Shown here: one piece after another, positions 8,384 through 17,048 of the stretch
How positions within the stretch are numbered: the first letter of the stretch is position 1
How the letters are laid out: each line of letters opens with the position of its first letter
From: Veleropilina oligotropha
Taxonomy: Eukaryota
Assembly (NCBI GenBank): GCA_048128005.1
Contig: JBEUKZ010000071.1
Span: 620,001-645,624, forward strand
Direction of reading: 5' to 3'
Length of the DNA stretch: 25,624 nt
Translations under genes and position numbers: made by a program
The notes under the pieces: generated by a model
Database searches by the model: none
The model's input: only the letters and a program-made list of their open reading frames with translations
What the model was told of the DNA's origin: nothing

Positions 8384-8584
8384 AACTTTGAATTGATGTC
8401 TGGTGACTTGATAGCCCGGATGTCTCGCGAGACTTGGCGAGATCTCGCTGGAGGAACTTAGAGAGGGGAAGCAGGAAGGGTGGTCGTGGTTGTTTTTGAC
8501 TTATTTAGTGCATAAATGTGACTTTATTCACTGTTTCCGGTTAGCGATAATATGACTATTATGGCAAGAGTAAGGACGTAAGTA
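8384..8584. repeat. Element 1, 5' inverted terminal repeat (201 bp)
   Basis: Reverse complement of 1201-1401. Confidence 0.95.
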
Positions 8585-8599
8585 AGTTTGTAACTACAT

Positions 8600-9649
8600 A
8601 TGTAACCAACTCATTTATTCTCTTTAGCTACCTGAAACATAAACAGACTAACATGTAACCAACTCATTTATTCTCTTTAGCTACCTGAAACATAAACAGT
8701 CTAACATGTAACCAACTCATTTATTCTCTTTAGCTACCTGAAACATAAACAGTCTAACATGTAACCAACTCATTTATTCTCTTTAGCTACCTGAAACATA
8801 AACAGACTAACATGTAACCAACTCATTTATTCTCTGTAGCTACCTGAAACATAAACAGACTAACATGTAACCAACTCATTTATTCTCTTTAGCTACCTGA
8901 AACATAAACAGACTAACATGTAACCAACTCATTTATTCTCTTTAGCTACCTGAAACATAAACAGACTAACATGTAACCAACTCATTTATTCTCTGTAGCT
9001 ACCTGAAACATAAACAGACTAACATGTAACCAACTCATTTATTCTCTGTAGCTACCTGAAACATAAACAGACTAACATGTAACCAACTCATTTATTCTCT
9101 GTAGCTACCTGAAACATAAACAGACTAACATGTAACCAACTCATTTATTCTCTTTAGCTACCTGATACATAAACAGACTAACATGTAACCAACTCATTTA
9201 TTCTCTTTAGCTACCTGAAACATAAACAGACTAACATGTAACCAACTCATTTATTCTCTTTAGCTACCTGAAACATAAACAGTCTAACATGTAACCAACT
9301 CATTTATTCTCTTTAGCTACCTGAAACATAAACAGACTAACATGTAACCAACTCATTTATTCTCTTTATCTACCTGAAACATAAACAGACTAACATGTAA
9401 CCAACTCATTTATTCTCTTTAGCTACCTGAAACATAAACAGACTAACATGTTACCAACTCATTTATTCTCTTTAGCTACCTGAAACATAAACAGACTAAC
9501 ATGTAACCAACTCATTTATTCTCTTTAGCTACCTGAAACATAAACAGTCTAACATGTAACCAACTCATTTATTCTCTTTAGCTACCTGAAACATAAACAG
9601 ACTAACATGTAACCAACTCATTTATTCTCTTTATCTACCTGAAACATAA
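8600..9649. repeat. 53-bp tandem array, block 2 (about 19.8 units)
   Basis: Same unit, with starts from 8620 to 9627 at period 53. Resumes in exact phase after DIRS element 1. Confidence 0.98.
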
Positions 9650-9683
9650 ATGAGGATTAAGAGTAATCCCTTGTATCTATAAT

Positions 9684-9889
9684 AATATACTTACGTCCTT
9701 ACTAATGCCATAATAAGCCTATTATCGCTAAATCCGGACAAGGTGGAAATGGTAATTTGCACTTCTTTTAATAAATTGAACCCAGCTGACCCCCTGACCT
9801 GCTCGACCTCCTCCAGTTCATGTCCAGTAAGAGCTCGCCAACTCCCGCGAGATCTTCTTGACCAAGGGTCAAGACCTCATCCGAAGTTT
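9684..9889. repeat. Element 2, 3' inverted terminal repeat (206 bp)
   Basis: Reverse complement of 16833-17038, no mismatch seen. Confidence 0.95.
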
Positions 9890-9953
9890 ATGCAAACCCC
9901 AAGACAAAGAACTTATATAAGAGGGGAGGTGCGAAGCAGGGTGGGCCAAGTGG

Positions 9954-10043
9954 GTAAGGACGTAAGTATATTATTATAGATACAAGGGATTACTCTTAAT
10001 CCTCATATCTATATCAAATATACTTACGTCCTTACTAATGCCA
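9954..10043. other. Element 2 internal complementary region (ICR)
   Basis: 9954-10006 is complementary to the left terminus 9650-9702, and 10007-10043 to the right terminus ending at 17048. Junction CAT at 10004-10006. Confidence 0.95.
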
Positions 10044-10825
10044 AGAATAACTTTGGTTGGCGGAGTTATAAGTTCCATACACCAAAATTAAAACTTACTT
10101 GTTACCAGAAGACGACGCTTTAGCGTTGAGATCGAGTCCGTTCAGAGTGGATTTTACTGAGCATCAAATCTACCCTTACCCCGAGGTGAGATTTCGACCA
10201 AGAAATCTGGGAAAACACGCCAGGGATGTTAGTCGGACAGGTAACACGAAGTGCATGTAGCTCCGGACACCGGCGGAAGGTATACCTTGAGGCACTCGTG
10301 TCATGAGCAAAACAGTGATCTGAATATTCCGGACTCAAAGGTCGGCAGACAGAAAACTGCAAGACGTGGTTTTTAGAAGCACCCGAACCTAGGCAGGTAG
10401 ATAGTGTTATAAAACCGTGACAATTATCAATAGATTGAAGAAAATTTCAATAACTTCATCTTGAATAATAAACTTTTGCATGTCCAACTTGCAAAATGTC
10501 AACATGATACATGTTACTTAAATAATTTTTAGTAGAGAATAATAATAAAATTTTTCAATGTACGCACATTGAAATGTTCTGAGACAGCAGAAGAACATTT
10601 TAAAATAATATTATTTACCAAAAAGCATTATTAAGATTTAATAATATAAATGTCTACATCCAATGTGGGCATTGCTTCATATTAACTCAGTATGAATAAT
10701 AATTTCAATTTCTTAATCAGTTTAAGAAAGAAATAACATTGGAATAAATTCTAAAGGTGATTTCAATGTACACAAATAGAATTACATTATATTACCTCAG
10801 TGTCTGGTGAAATTCCACAAACCAA

Positions 10826-13813
10826 TCACTGTCGGGATGACCCGGATCCCGTGATACATTGTTGCCCTGCTGCCACAAAGGAAATCCGATGTTCACCCTC
10901 AGCCGTGGTCGCATAATCATGCAGATAAAAGCGAACAAAGGTATTGGCGTTCTTCCAATAACAAGCCTTCAAGATTTCATTGATATTCAAATTATATTTG
11001 AAGGCTAACGAAGTGGCTACTGCCCGTGTTTCGTGCGCGTGAATTGATACGAGATCTCGTTCTGGCTCATGTGACTGGGAGTAAATCTCCTTAACAACAG
11101 AGACAATCCATCGTGAAACAGTCGATTTGCGAATGTCGCGGTGGAATTGAGGCATGTGGCTAACGAATAAATTCTTTTTACCGTGCCGTAAGTCTCGGGT
11201 GCGATCCAGGTAGAACCTCAGCGCGCGGACCGGGCAGTTGAGGCGGTCGATATCATTTCTATCCAGCATGGAGAGGTTACGAATACAAACCTCGGGACTG
11301 ATATCATCAGGTCGTTGTGTCTTCGCTAGGAAGCCAAGGACAGTACGCAGTGTCACCGACCCATCGGTGTGGAAGTGTATGTCTCGAAGCTCTCCGGATA
11401 ACGCGTGTATCTCCGAGGCCCGGTTACCCGTGGCGAGGGCGGTTAGAAATACGGTCTTATAAGTGAGATTTTTGAGGGAACACTCACTCATAGGCTCGTA
11501 CGGGCCTCTAAGTAAAGCATTGAGAACTAACAAAACATTCCAAGCGGGCGGTCGCACTCGCTGAATGGGCCGTTCGAGTTGATAGGAGCGTATGAAGTCC
11601 GATATAGTTTTGTCGGTAGACAAGCGGGTGTGCTCGCGGCATTGCCGTAACGTTGTAGCTACGCATGAACGGTAGCCTTTGACTGCGGAAATTGACATTC
11701 CCCGTTCTAGCAACGACGATAAGAACTCGATAAATTTGGTCACAGGGGGGCGGAATATATTGACTTGCCGCCCGCGACACCAATCCACAAACTTTTTCCA
11801 TCGGTAGTCATATACCCTTGTCGTAGATTGTCTTCTAGATCGGTAAATGCGCTGGGCTGTCGCTCTAGAAAAGCCCTTCTTAATGAGCGATCTCTCGATA
11901 GTCGCCAGGCGTGAAAGTGAAACTCGTTCGCCGACGGGTGTAGAACCCGACTGCGCGGTTGAGACAACAGGTCTGCCATCTGCGGTAGCGCTCGTGGCTG
12001 ATCGATGAGTAGATCCAGAAGTGTCGGAAACCAGGACTGCGTTCGTTGTAGAGGTGCTATTAGCGTCAACTCGCAGTCTTCGCGGGTCGCTTTCCGTAGT
12101 ACTTGTGCCAACATGCACGACGGTGGGAAGGCGTAGGCGATCAGATTCTCCCATCTCATTGACAGAGCGTCGACTGCAATAGCGGCCGGGTCCGGGTAAG
12201 GAGACACATAGAGAGGGAGTCGGTGATTGAATTCGGTTGCGAATAAATCGACTTGAGGTGTCGACCACAGGCGACAGACATCTCGGGCTACACGGGCGTG
12301 TAGCGTCCACTCTGTGTGAATAATCTGTGTTTTCCGAGAGAGCGTATCCGCTCTGACATTCAGCTTCCCCGGGATGTGTCGGGCTCGAATTGACGAGTTG
12401 AGTGACATCACTAGGCGGTGCAGGTCTATCGCTCGGTCGCAAAGCGGACGGGAGCGAGTGCCGCCCTGGTGCTGGATGTAAGCGACGACAGTCGTGTTGT
12501 CCGTTGCTAGCATTATGTGCTTGTTTCGGAGATGTGACGAGAGGGACTGTACTGACAGGAAGACGGCTTCTAACTCTAGGAAGTTGATGTGTCGTCCCTG
12601 AAGGTCCGTAGGCCAGAGGCCCGATGTCTCGTGACTGTCGAAGTGACCTCCCCAGCCCTCGTTTGACGCGTCCGTGAAGAGGTAGGCGTTCGGTTCTGGG
12701 GGGGATATTGGAACCGACTGGCTCGGCAGGGAAGTGTTCAACCACACTGCTGTCGTGCGATTGAACCAATGCCGTAGATCGATGCGATCCGTCCACTGTC
12801 CCGTACGTTGTATCCAGCGGTCCTTGAAGGCCTGCTGCAACGGTCGTTTGTCCATGCGACCTGTCGGTAACAGGGGAGCTACCGACTCGATGTGCCCTAG
12901 GACAGTGGCCAGTCGTCGCGCTGTAGTTATCCGTGAAGACTTCGTTTCTAGTATAACTGCGCGTAGGTTCTCTATACGTTTCTGAGTCGGTTTCGCGGTG
13001 TACCGGACCGTGTCGAATTCGACCCCTAGAAATATAAACGTCGTCGAGGGCACGAAGCAGGATTTGTCGTTGTTGATCTGTAATCCCAGGCGCTTCGCCG
13101 ATGACAGGGTAACGCTCATAGACTGGAGGCACTGATCCCGGGACGCCCCGAGAATCAACCAGTCGTCGAGGTACATGTGTACTCTGTGCCCTCGCGAGTG
13201 TAGGAAGGCCCCGAGAGCCTGTACTACTCGCGTGAAGACGTACGGGGCTGACGATAGACCGAACGGTAGACACCTGAACTGGTAGATCGTTCCCCCGTGA
13301 ACAAACCGTAGGTACCGGTGAGCCGAGATATGCATCGGAACGTGTAGGTACGCATCGGTTAAGTCGATAGACGCTGCCCAGTCGCCCGGACGGATGGCCG
13401 TTCGTATCTTCGAGAGTGTTTCTTGCTTGAACTTCTCGGTACGAAGATACTGGTTGAGGAACGACAGATCGAGGATCGGTCGCCAACGGCCGTCGGGTTT
13501 CGGGACCAGGAAAAAGTGGCTGTAATATCCTGGTGTGCTGGGCGGCGCGGGATAGATCGCTCTCTTTGAGAGTAAATCCCGCACTGCCTGGTCTAGGACC
13601 GCTTGTTTTTCTCCTATCAGGAGACGAGCGCGTCCTGGTGGTGGTGTCGCGTCTAGGGTTGGATGCCGGTCGAATGCCAACTTGTATCCGGCACTCACGA
13701 CTGAGTGAACCCAGTTGTCCTCTGTCATTTCCAGCCAGGACAGGCTGTACTCTAACAGACACGCTCCCACCGGCGGAAGCGTGCAACTGAGCTCGTCGCG
13801 AGCGCCGGCAACC
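10826..13813 (-). CDS. Element 2 tyrosine recombinase ORF overlapping pol
   Basis: GNRASEI, FLAKTQ, HETR, CYW, TFVRFYL. The frame is open from directly after the gag TAG. Confidence 0.93.
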   Translation of the reverse strand, partial: GCRRSRRAQLHASAGGSVSVRVQPVLAGNDRGQLGSLSRECRIQVGIRPASNPRRDTTTRTRSSPDRRKTSGPRPGSAGFTLKESDLSRAAQHTRILQPLFPGPETRRPLATDPRSVVPQPVSSYREVQARNTLEDTNGHPSGRLGSVYRLNRCVPTRSDAYLGSPVPTVCSRGNDLPVQVSTVRSIVSPVRLHASSTGSRGLPTLARAQSTHVPRRLVDSRGVPGSVPPVYERYPVIGEAPGITDQQRQILLRALDDVYISRGRIRHGPVHRETDSETYREPTRSYTRNEVFTDNYSATTGHCPRAHRVGSSPVTDRSHGQTTVAAGLQGPLDTTYGTVDGSHRSTALVQSHDSSVVEHFPAEPVGSNIPPRTERLPLHGRVKRGLGRSLRQSRDIGPLAYGPSGTTHQLPRVRSRLPVSTVPLVTSPKQAHNASNGQHDCRRLHPAPGRHSLPSALRPSDRPAPPSDVTQLVNSSPTHPGEAECQSGYALSENTDYSHRVDATRPCSPRCLSPVVDTSSRFIRNRIQSPTPSLCVSLPGPGRYCSRRSVNEMGESDRLRLPTVVHVGTSTTESDPRRLRVDANSTSTTNAVLVSDTSGSTHRSATSATADGRPVVSTAQSGSTPVGERVSLSRLATIERSLIKKGFSRATAQRIYRSRRQSTTRVYDYRWKKFVDWCRGRQVNIFRPPVTKFIEFLSSLLERGMSISAVKGYRSCVATTLRQCREHTRLSTDKTISDFIRSYQLERPIQRVRPPAWNVLLVLNALLRGPYEPMSECSLKNLTYKTVFLTALATGNRASEIHALSGELRDIHFHTDGSVTLRTVLGFLAKTQRPDDISPEVCIRNLSMLDRNDIDRLNCPVRALRFYLDRTRDLRHGKKNLFVSHMPQFHRDIRKSTVSRWIVSVVKEIYSQSHEPERDLVSIHAHETRAVATSLAFKYNLNINEILKACYWKNANTFVRFYLHDYATTAEGEHRISFVAAGQQCITGSGSSRQ

Positions 13814-14127
13814 CTAGGGCCGCGGCTTCCCTCTCCCGCTCTGACGGGATTTCGTCGGAGGTGTTTTCTTCGCGACAGGTTTATTGGCCTGAGAAGGCCG
13901 ACCCGGCGAAGGTTTAACACGCTTGGAAGGCGTATGAGACCGGGACGGTCTCGAGCGCTTCCTAGAGGTAGCAGTCGGCGTGCTCCGAGGAGTAGCCAAG
14001 ACTGCCTTCTCGATTGCGCGATCCTTGAGGTCAGCCGCTCGCTTCTCGACAAATTCAGGGAATTTGTCTCCGAAGAGAGTAGAGGCCGACAACGGTACAC
14101 AACGTAGAGACTGCCGGGTGGCGTCAT
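11740..14127 (-). CDS. Element 2 pol: RT, RNase H and DAM-like methyltransferase (start uncertain)
   Basis: YLDD, LPFGLSSAP, TDAS, HINFLELEAV, ADTLSR, VDLFAT, AYAFPP. The ATG at 14127 lies inside gag and is not conserved in element 1. Confidence 0.95.
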   Translation of the reverse strand: MTPPGSLYVVYRCRPLLSSETNSLNLSRSERLTSRIAQSRRQSWLLLGARRLLPLGSARDRPGLIRLPSVLNLRRVGLLRPINLSRRKHLRRNPVRAGEGSRGPRVAGARDELSCTLPPVGACLLEYSLSWLEMTEDNWVHSVVSAGYKLAFDRHPTLDATPPPGRARLLIGEKQAVLDQAVRDLLSKRAIYPAPPSTPGYYSHFFLVPKPDGRWRPILDLSFLNQYLRTEKFKQETLSKIRTAIRPGDWAASIDLTDAYLHVPMHISAHRYLRFVHGGTIYQFRCLPFGLSSAPYVFTRVVQALGAFLHSRGHRVHMYLDDWLILGASRDQCLQSMSVTLSSAKRLGLQINNDKSCFVPSTTFIFLGVEFDTVRYTAKPTQKRIENLRAVILETKSSRITTARRLATVLGHIESVAPLLPTGRMDKRPLQQAFKDRWIQRTGQWTDRIDLRHWFNRTTAVWLNTSLPSQSVPISPPEPNAYLFTDASNEGWGGHFDSHETSGLWPTDLQGRHINFLELEAVFLSVQSLSSHLRNKHIMLATDNTTVVAYIQHQGGTRSRPLCDRAIDLHRLVMSLNSSIRARHIPGKLNVRADTLSRKTQIIHTEWTLHARVARDVCRLWSTPQVDLFATEFNHRLPLYVSPYPDPAAIAVDALSMRWENLIAYAFPPSCMLAQVLRKATREDCELTLIAPLQRTQSWFPTLLDLLIDQPRALPQMADLLSQPRSRVLHPSANEFHFHAWRLSRDRSLRRAFLERQPSAFTDLEDNLRQGYMTTDGKSLWIGVAGGKSIYSAPL

Positions 14128-16033
14128 CTAGCGTGGTGCCGTCTAGGCAAGCGTCTCTACGAAGTAGGACAGCATTGCCTAAGGATCGGGCTGACTCCGA
14201 CGCGGAGTGCTCCGTGGAGGCGGCAACCTCTTCGAGAAAGGACAGTGCGATCTCACGAGCGCGGGGTCCGTTCTCTTGTAGTACGGTAATGGCTCCGTCT
14301 AGGAAAAAATCCTGGATAGAGGCATGCCGTAGAGCCCGACGAGCGGAGCTCTCAAAGCCCTCCATGGCGACCCATGGGACTTTGACCACTGAGGGAGCTG
14401 TGCTGGCCGACAGTCGACGCATCGCTGCATCGATCTGAACCGGCTCAGTCTCCAGACACGCCCCAGAGCATCCGATCGAAATCGGACGCTTACCGGGTCG
14501 GAGGTACTTCCCTTTACGGAGACCACGAGGGTACTCTGTTAATGAGGAAGTCTCCACCGATTTGGGTCCCTGAATGGATTTGGTCGCCGAGTCGAGGACG
14601 AGCGAGACCAACCCAGACTGGGGTAGGGTAGGAAGCAGGGGGGCTTCCGGCCCATCAAATCGACGTGCCGCTGTCCTGTGCCTGACGAAGCCTACCGGCA
14701 GAGCCGGGTCGGGCAAGTCTAGCACCCCGCGAAGCGACGCGACAGCGTCGTATCTTCTGCGGGTGGCGGAGATGGTCTCATGCGTGCCCGACTGACTACA
14801 AGAGTCGTCCGGTCCGACCGATTCAGGGAGGTCAGAGTGAGTGGAAGCACTGTCCTCGTCGGAACGAGGATCGACTTCCATCACCGAAGCATGAGCCGAG
14901 CCCGGCGTTACGGTCAGAGACGTTGGGACCTGGGGCGGCTGGGTAGCCGGTTGCCAGGACCTACAACGTGCCTCGACTTCCATCGCAATCATTGCCTGGA
15001 CGCTCTCAAGAGAGAAACCCGGAGGCATGACGGACGTCGGACCAACAGCCATTGGTCCGCTCGAGGTTACCGTAGCGCATGGGGGACGGGCTGCACGGAC
15101 AGGTGGAGCCGAGTACCAGGGACTCGGGTTACCTGTCGGGAAACCGCTACCAGGGAAACGGCCCGGAGGCGCGTTAAACGGAGCGAGCGACCCGTAAGAC
15201 TGCGACCACAGTCCATACGGGTCTGTAACCCTGCTCGGGTGAGGCACGGGGGTATACCCGCCGTACGCCTCAGCCCCGAACGCAGCCGATCCTACCACAC
15301 CACCCGGGACGTCTTGAAAAGAACCGTCAGAGGAGGTTGGCCTTCCATCACTCTCGTGGGCTCCGACAGTGGCGATATTAGCCTTTAAGCTAGCGCCATT
15401 GTCGGACGAGAGGACGGGTTGCGTCGAGCGTCTGGGACTTCGACCACGGTCATGGTGCCCAGCAACTGTATCGACTTTTTCTGCTAGTCTCCTTCGCCTC
15501 TTTTCAGAGGTTACTTGACTCACAGAAGGACTAACGCTGCCTTGCTCCTCCGAGGCCGGAGGAGAGGTAAGGTTTTGTCTGCCCTGTACAGCTTTTCGCC
15601 GCGGCGCTCGATGTATCTCACTGGCCGGCAAGATACTCTGAGCAGCGGTTACTAGGCCCAAAGGAGAGGTATCGGTCGGAACTCGGTCCCTTACCTGAAT
15701 CTGAGATCCCGACGATTCCGGGACTTTCCCCAAAGTCTCGGAGGTGTCGTCGGGCCCACCACGGCTACCATCAAGAGGGTCTGAAAGAGAAAGTGAAGGG
15801 TTAAAACCTGTCTCTAGCCTCTGGAGCTTCTCGGTGGATGCCCCCTCGGAAGAAGATACCCTGGTTGTCTTCTCCGAAGGGAAAAGAGTCTCCCACTGCC
15901 GACTCGTCAGTGTTACGCAATGCCCACATGGATGGTCCTTATCGCTAGAACATACACGGTGAAAAGTGCATTCGGAGTGCTTGTCAAAACCACGGATTTT
16001 CTGTCGGCACTCGGAAACACTGCAATGCTTCAT
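13814..16033 (-). CDS. Element 2 gag-like ORF1 (739 aa from ATG 16033)
   Basis: MKHCSVSEC...HSECTFHRVC...CGHC Cys/His finger, low-complexity middle, LLRRDACL/TLFG block and a basic tail. Homologous to element 1 gag. Confidence 0.9.
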   Translation of the reverse strand: MKHCSVSECRQKIRGFDKHSECTFHRVCSSDKDHPCGHCVTLTSRQWETLFPSEKTTRVSSSEGASTEKLQRLETGFNPSLSLSDPLDGSRGGPDDTSETLGKVPESSGSQIQVRDRVPTDTSPLGLVTAAQSILPASEIHRAPRRKAVQGRQNLTSPPASEEQGSVSPSVSQVTSEKRRRRLAEKVDTVAGHHDRGRSPRRSTQPVLSSDNGASLKANIATVGAHESDGRPTSSDGSFQDVPGGVVGSAAFGAEAYGGYTPVPHPSRVTDPYGLWSQSYGSLAPFNAPPGRFPGSGFPTGNPSPWYSAPPVRAARPPCATVTSSGPMAVGPTSVMPPGFSLESVQAMIAMEVEARCRSWQPATQPPQVPTSLTVTPGSAHASVMEVDPRSDEDSASTHSDLPESVGPDDSCSQSGTHETISATRRRYDAVASLRGVLDLPDPALPVGFVRHRTAARRFDGPEAPLLPTLPQSGLVSLVLDSATKSIQGPKSVETSSLTEYPRGLRKGKYLRPGKRPISIGCSGACLETEPVQIDAAMRRLSASTAPSVVKVPWVAMEGFESSARRALRHASIQDFFLDGAITVLQENGPRAREIALSFLEEVAASTEHSASESARSLGNAVLLRRDACLDGTTLDDATRQSLRCVPLSASTLFGDKFPEFVEKRAADLKDRAIEKAVLATPRSTPTATSRKRSRPSRSHTPSKRVKPSPGRPSQANKPVAKKTPPTKSRQSGRGKPRP

Positions 16034-16832
16034 AGCTACACACACGGGTAGGTAGGAGATAGGGTTTTTAAAGTGATAAGGGTATTTCCCGGGTAGTTTA
16101 CCAAATTACTACTACAACCTCGATTGTACCTGATCCGAGAGTAGGAAAAGGCTGAAATACGCTTAGAACTTACGGCGGATTATACGCCCAAAAACACCGA
16201 CTTTATATTTTTACTTTTTTAAAAACCAGTCGGGCAACGAATTGAGAAACGGGAGGTCTTTCTTCTTAAGAAACCGCCCTTTTACACCTAAAAACCTCTT
16301 GGATGTATATATATCAATTTGTTAGAATTCGGCGTGCTATCCCCGATTTAGCAGATTTACCAAAATAACGCTAGTTAAATTCTAAATAATCTGCTTTTCA
16401 ACGACGATAAATTTTATTACATAAATTTATAGCAAGAAAAAAGTCGTTGAGGAATTATCGTATATATAAATGAAATGCAAAGCAAATTCAAGCAATATCA
16501 ATAATCAACTCTCTTATCCTGACTCCGTAGTAATTGCTAGGGAGCTTCCTTCTTTAAATATCCCTCTGAGCGGCCTCTTTTCTGTCTTTTCAGAATTCCA
16601 AGATGGCGTCGTCAATGGAGGGTGTCGATTTCGTTTTTGTCCTTTTGAAGACAGGAAAACTTCTAAGAAGGCGTCTTATTCAGGAAGAGACTCTCGACTT
16701 TCCACTAAACGTGTTCACAACACTATACTAAATCTTATGAGCTGATAGATTATTAAAATCGAGCTCAAAAAAGATCGAAAAATCACAAAGATTGTGGAGC
16801 AAAGCAAAACGCGACTTGTTCAATCGAGCGGA

Positions 16833-17038
16833 AAACTTCGGATGAGGTCTTGACCCTTGGTCAAGAAGATCTCGCGGGAGTTGGCGAGCTCTTACTGGAC
16901 ATGAACTGGAGGAGGTCGAGCAGGTCAGGGGGTCAGCTGGGTTCAATTTATTAAAAGAAGTGCAAATTACCATTTCCACCTTGTCCGGATTTAGCGATAA
17001 TAGGCTTATTATGGCATTAGTAAGGACGTAAGTATATT
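16833..17038. repeat. Element 2, 5' inverted terminal repeat (206 bp)
   Basis: Reverse complement of 9684-9889. Confidence 0.95.
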
Positions 17039-17048
17039 TGATATAGAT

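Larger units (their letters stand above)
1164..8599 (-). mobile_element. DIRS1-type tyrosine-recombinase retrotransposon, element 1 (7436 bp, full length, gag frameshifted)
   Basis: Inverted terminal repeats with unique terminal extensions, an internal complementary region, and gag, RT/RNaseH/MTase and overlapping YR ORFs. Flanked by ATG at 1164-1166 and 8600-8602. Confidence 0.97.
9650..17048 (-). mobile_element. DIRS1-type retrotransposon, element 2 (7399 bp, all three ORFs intact)
   Basis: ITRs, ICR and intact gag, pol and YR. A related but distinct subfamily from element 1. Confidence 0.97.

Noticed and set aside
9743..9979. Identical peptide in ORFs 9743-9979 (+) and 16728-17060 (-)
   Set aside because: This simply reflects the ITR pair, and the peptide is not conserved in element 1.
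1164..17048. The two DIRS elements as a segmental duplication or assembly artefact
   Set aside because: They have different ITRs, diverged proteins and different insertion positions in the repeat unit.
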